Assembly (NCBI GenBank): GCA_036509895.1
Contig: DATCEV010000034.1
Coordinates: 13,437-77,436 of the forward strand
DNA length: 64,000 nt
DNA from: Verrucomicrobiia bacterium
GTDB taxonomy: Bacteria; Verrucomicrobiota; Verrucomicrobiia; Limisphaerales; UBA11358
Direction of reading: 5' to 3'
The notes below the pieces were generated by a model. It made no database searches, was not told the DNA's origin, and saw only the letters and a program-made list of their open reading frames with translations. Shown here piece after piece: positions 63,135 to 64,000 of this stretch (its first letter is position 1; each line of letters begins with the position of its first letter). A program made the position numbers and the translations under genes.

Positions 63135-64000
63135 GTGACGGAAATAAAAAATGGCAGTGCGCGAACTGCGAAACTTCGCAGTTTCTGGCTTATGTTCGTC
63201 GTTGAATTTCAAAATGCGTTCAGTGACAACACGCTGAAATTTCTTGTCACGTTTATCATCATCGGTTTGGGATTGTCGCAGGAAAAACGTGATTCGCTGG
63301 TGCCGCTCGTCGGCGCGGTCTTCGCGCTGCCGTTCATTTTGTTTTCGATGGCCGGCGGATTTTTTGCCGACCGTTTCAGCAAACGCAGCGTCGCCGTCGC
63401 CATCAAATGCGCCGAAATGGGAATCATGTCGCTCGCGCTGGTTGGCTTTTGGCAGCACAACCTTCCGCTGCTGCTCGGCGCGATTTTTCTGATGAGCACG
63501 CACAGCGCGATTTTTGGCCCGACGAAATACGGCATGTTGCCGGAACTGCTGCCGGAAAAAAAATTGTCGTGGGGCAACGGCATTTTCAGCCTCGGCACTT
63601 TTGCCGCCGTCATCGCAGGAACCGTTTTCGCCGGAACCCTTTCGGACATGTTCGGAAAAAATCAGATGTGGTCCGGCGCAATTCTTATCGCACTTGCATT
63701 GTTTGGCTTGTCGCTGTGTCTTGGCCTCGTAAAAATTCCCGCCGCCGATCCGCAGAAAAAATTCCGCGTGAATTTTCTCGGCGAGTTTGTCACGCAATTG
63801 AAATCAATTCATGCCGACCGCGTTTTATTTCTCGGTGTCATTGGCAACACGTTTCTTTGGTTTCTCGGCGCGCTGTTGCAGCCGACGATTCTTTTTTACG
63901 GCAAGGACATTTTGCATCTGGACGACACGCACAGCGGTTACTTGCAGGCCGCGCTGGCCATCGGCATCGGCATTGGCAGTTTAATTGCAGGATTTTTATC
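63135..64000 (+). CDS. MFS transporter (LplT / Aas N-terminal-like), 3' end outside the window
   Basis: My own translation gives ...LRSFWLMFVVEFQNAFSDNTLKFLV...FALPFILFSMAGGFFADRFSKRSV...STHSAIFGPTKYGMLPELLP.... The gene is missing from the ORF track because no stop lies in the window. The start is uncertain (GTG at 63135 or ATG at 63192). Confidence 0.7.
   Translation, partial: MTEIKNGSARTAKLRSFWLMFVVEFQNAFSDNTLKFLVTFIIIGLGLSQEKRDSLVPLVGAVFALPFILFSMAGGFFADRFSKRSVAVAIKCAEMGIMSLALVGFWQHNLPLLLGAIFLMSTHSAIFGPTKYGMLPELLPEKKLSWGNGIFSLGTFAAVIAGTVFAGTLSDMFGKNQMWSGAILIALALFGLSLCLGLVKIPAADPQKKFRVNFLGEFVTQLKSIHADRVLFLGVIGNTFLWFLGALLQPTILFYGKDILHLDDTHSGYLQAALAIGIGIGSLIAGFL

Noticed and set aside
63033-63797. 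N-terminal 255 codons of the 532-aa ORF 62199..63797.
   Set aside because: Only the C-terminal 277 aa match KduI. The upstream part is antisense to a well-formed MFS transporter gene and is Arg/Lys/Gln-rich nonsense.

Overview
This is a 64-kb chromosomal window of mostly housekeeping genes. By inference only, it looks like a Verrucomicrobiota/PVC-type genome: it has H-X9-DG-like pseudopilins, an SBBP-repeat protein, a GxxExxY gene and characteristic GC-rich hairpin repeats. I support about 55 protein-coding genes. In order they are: lptE-like / bamD-like / Zn-ribbon operon; guaA; pseudopilin plus Zn-ribbon beta-propeller protein; recG; PadR operon; gltB-[GxxExxY]-gltD; a cold-shock gene; hemW; a CusRS-like two-component system facing a YHYH / MbnP-MbnH fusion / EF-hand module; an MFS transporter; dnaB-bamA-SBBP-skp; rpmI-rplT-pheS; vapBC; prs; a low-GC 3-kb island; rplY-pth-rpsF-ssb-rplI; a Val-rich leader peptide plus terminator ahead of ilvB; pilMNOPQ; DUF971; mntH; usp; a VOC-family gene; and an eda / GH88-GH105 / kduD / kduI uronate locus. 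I recognised no rRNA, tRNA, CRISPR array, transposase or prophage gene. The most unusual signal is a set of at least 13 dispersed hairpin/palindromic repeat copies. Six of them lie in frame inside conserved genes (recG twice, gltB, gltD, hemW, pheS), which resembles Rickettsia palindromic elements. Other points of interest are: a frameshifted secreted CHAT-like protease cassette inserted in the conserved prs-ctc-pth cluster; an MbnP-MbnH gene fusion in a putative copper module; a classical-looking ilvB leader-peptide attenuator; a GxxExxY cassette splitting gltB from gltD; and candidate sigma-54 promoters in the pil operon. All functional calls come from reading the translations and recalling family motifs. 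No database search was run.
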